64,000 nucleotides of DNA from an uncultured bacterium. Its GTDB lineage: Bacteria; Omnitrophota; Omnitrophia; Omnitrophales; Aquincolibacteriaceae. The stretch spans positions 32,950 through 96,949 of the forward strand of contig CAZLTL010000001.1 in assembly GCA_964562525.1 (NCBI GenBank), written 5' to 3'. The first letter of the stretch is position 1; each line of letters opens with the position of its first letter. Positions 63,137-64,000 of the stretch are shown here, in pieces. The notes beneath the pieces were generated by a model, which was not told the origin of the DNA, ran no database searches, and saw only the letters and a program-made list of their open reading frames with translations. A program made the translations under genes and the position numbers.

Positions 63137-63559
63137 TTATTTGGAAGAATCAAGCAATCCAAAAACAGTCACTTTGGATTCAACTTCATCGGGAACGCGG
63201 CAAGGTTTCATTTCGCGATCAACAAAAACATGCACCGTGTAACCTTGCGTGAGTATTTTTTGGTTCGCGGAATTTAAAATCACATATTCAAAACGGATGG
63301 TGCTCGGTGTGAACTTACTCACGCTGGTGCGCACAATCAATTCATCGTCATAGGTGGAAGCGGCAATATATTTCGCGTGCGCTTCAATCACCGGAAGAAA
63401 AATGCCTTTTTTTTCGCATTCCGTATAGGGAAGACCCAGCGCGCGAAAATATTCGGTCCGCGCCGCTTCAAACCAAACAAAGTAATTCGCATAATAGCTA
63501 ACGCCCATGCGGTCCGTATCACGGTAAATCACGCGCGTTCGGTAATCAAAATACTGCAT
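63137..63559 (-). CDS. Acyl-CoA thioesterase of the 4HBT/YbgC-like hotdog family.
   Basis: 140 aa with a hotdog-fold pattern (...RDTDRMGVSYYANYFVWFEAARTEYF...). Confidence 0.65.
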   Translation of the reverse strand: MQYFDYRTRVIYRDTDRMGVSYYANYFVWFEAARTEYFRALGLPYTECEKKGIFLPVIEAHAKYIAASTYDDELIVRTSVSKFTPSTIRFEYVILNSANQKILTQGYTVHVFVDREMKPCRVPDEVESKVTVFGLLDSSK

Positions 63560-64000
63560 CAGCTGAACAAGCCCTTTTTATGCTTTGCTTTTTCTCCGCG
63601 CTCCTTAGCGAACTCTTCCAACAGCTCTTTTTCGCGCTTTGAAAGTTTGGTAGGCACTTCAATTTGAACATGAACATAAAGATCGCCACGTCTGTCAGGC
63701 GAGCGAACAAAAGGAATACCGGCATTTTCTATTTTCAAAGCACGTCCGGGAACCGTTCCGGCGGGAACATGCAGCTCCCGTTCTTTTTCCAATGTTGGCA
63801 CCGGAATCACTCCTCCTAAAACAGCGACGGTATAAGGAATGCTCCACTCAAAGTGCACATCTTCATGATTGCGTTCAAATAAGTCATGCTTCTTAAGCAA
63901 AACCTGAACATACAAATCACCGCGCGGACCGCCATTGACGCCGGCTTCACCTTCCCCTGAGATTTTTAATCTGGAGCCATGATCCATACCTGCCGGTATT
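63559..64000 (-). CDS. dnaJ: Molecular chaperone DnaJ, C-terminal part only (the N-terminus lies beyond the right edge).
   Basis: IPAGMDHGSRLKISGEGEAGVNGGPRGDLYVQV...VPTLEKERELHVPAGTVPGRALKIENAGIP matches DnaJ C-terminal domains CTD I/II. Confidence 0.8.
   Translation of the reverse strand, partial: IPAGMDHGSRLKISGEGEAGVNGGPRGDLYVQVLLKKHDLFERNHEDVHFEWSIPYTVAVLGGVIPVPTLEKERELHVPAGTVPGRALKIENAGIPFVRSPDRRGDLYVHVQIEVPTKLSKREKELLEEFAKERGEKAKHKKGLFS

Noticed and set aside
63157-63179. Hairpin ATCCAAA...TTTGGAT near the 3' end of the thioesterase gene.
   Set aside because: It lies inside the coding sequence (63137-63559) and is not followed by a T-tract on the relevant strand.
1-64000. CRISPR arrays, rRNA genes, transposases or insertion sequences, and defence systems such as restriction-modification, toxin-antitoxin or Cas.
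   Set aside because: I found no regularly spaced direct repeats of 25-40 nt, no rRNA-like segments, and no DDE transposase, recombinase, nuclease or methyltransferase motifs on reading the translated ORFs.

Overview
This is a 64 kb chromosomal window from a diderm (Gram-negative-type) bacterium with moderate GC. Supporting calls: LpxL-family lipid A acyltransferase, AsmA-family proteins, a periplasmic MsrB and a two-partner secretion pair. Coding density is high on both strands.

Housekeeping anchors:
- ClpB, HU, GpsA, RlmH and a partial DnaJ.
- Two ABC-F ATPases and two RluA-family pseudouridine synthases.
- A methylthioribose pathway pair, MtnA and an MtnB-like protein.
- Cfa with an adjacent DUF1295 protein.
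- An ECF sigma factor with a candidate anti-sigma gene.
- One tRNA-Pro(GGG).

Accessory-looking content:
- A giant secreted protein of at least 1973 aa on the minus strand. It runs off the left edge, so it is absent from the ORF track. It carries an N-terminal TraB/GumN(Tiki)-like region, a Q/G/S-rich disordered segment with coiled coil, and a clear VWA/MIDAS domain.
- A convergent TpsB/TpsA two-partner secretion locus. The 1601-aa TpsA contains three tandem ~290-aa repeat units.
- A PKD-repeat surface protein and a tandem double-DsbA lipoprotein.
- A four-gene minus-strand operon of uncharacterised proteins, including tandem paralogs that share an invariant C-terminal motif.
- Dispersed secreted paralogs at 42.8 kb and 56.2 kb, and tandem small secreted paralogs at 53.4 to 54.2 kb.
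- A ydbH/ynbE/ydbL-like trio containing a 59-aa lipoprotein gene that the ORF track missed.
- A ~100-nt structured intergenic element present in two copies, both at gene 3' ends.

I found no CRISPR arrays, rRNA genes, transposases, integrases or obvious defence-system domains.
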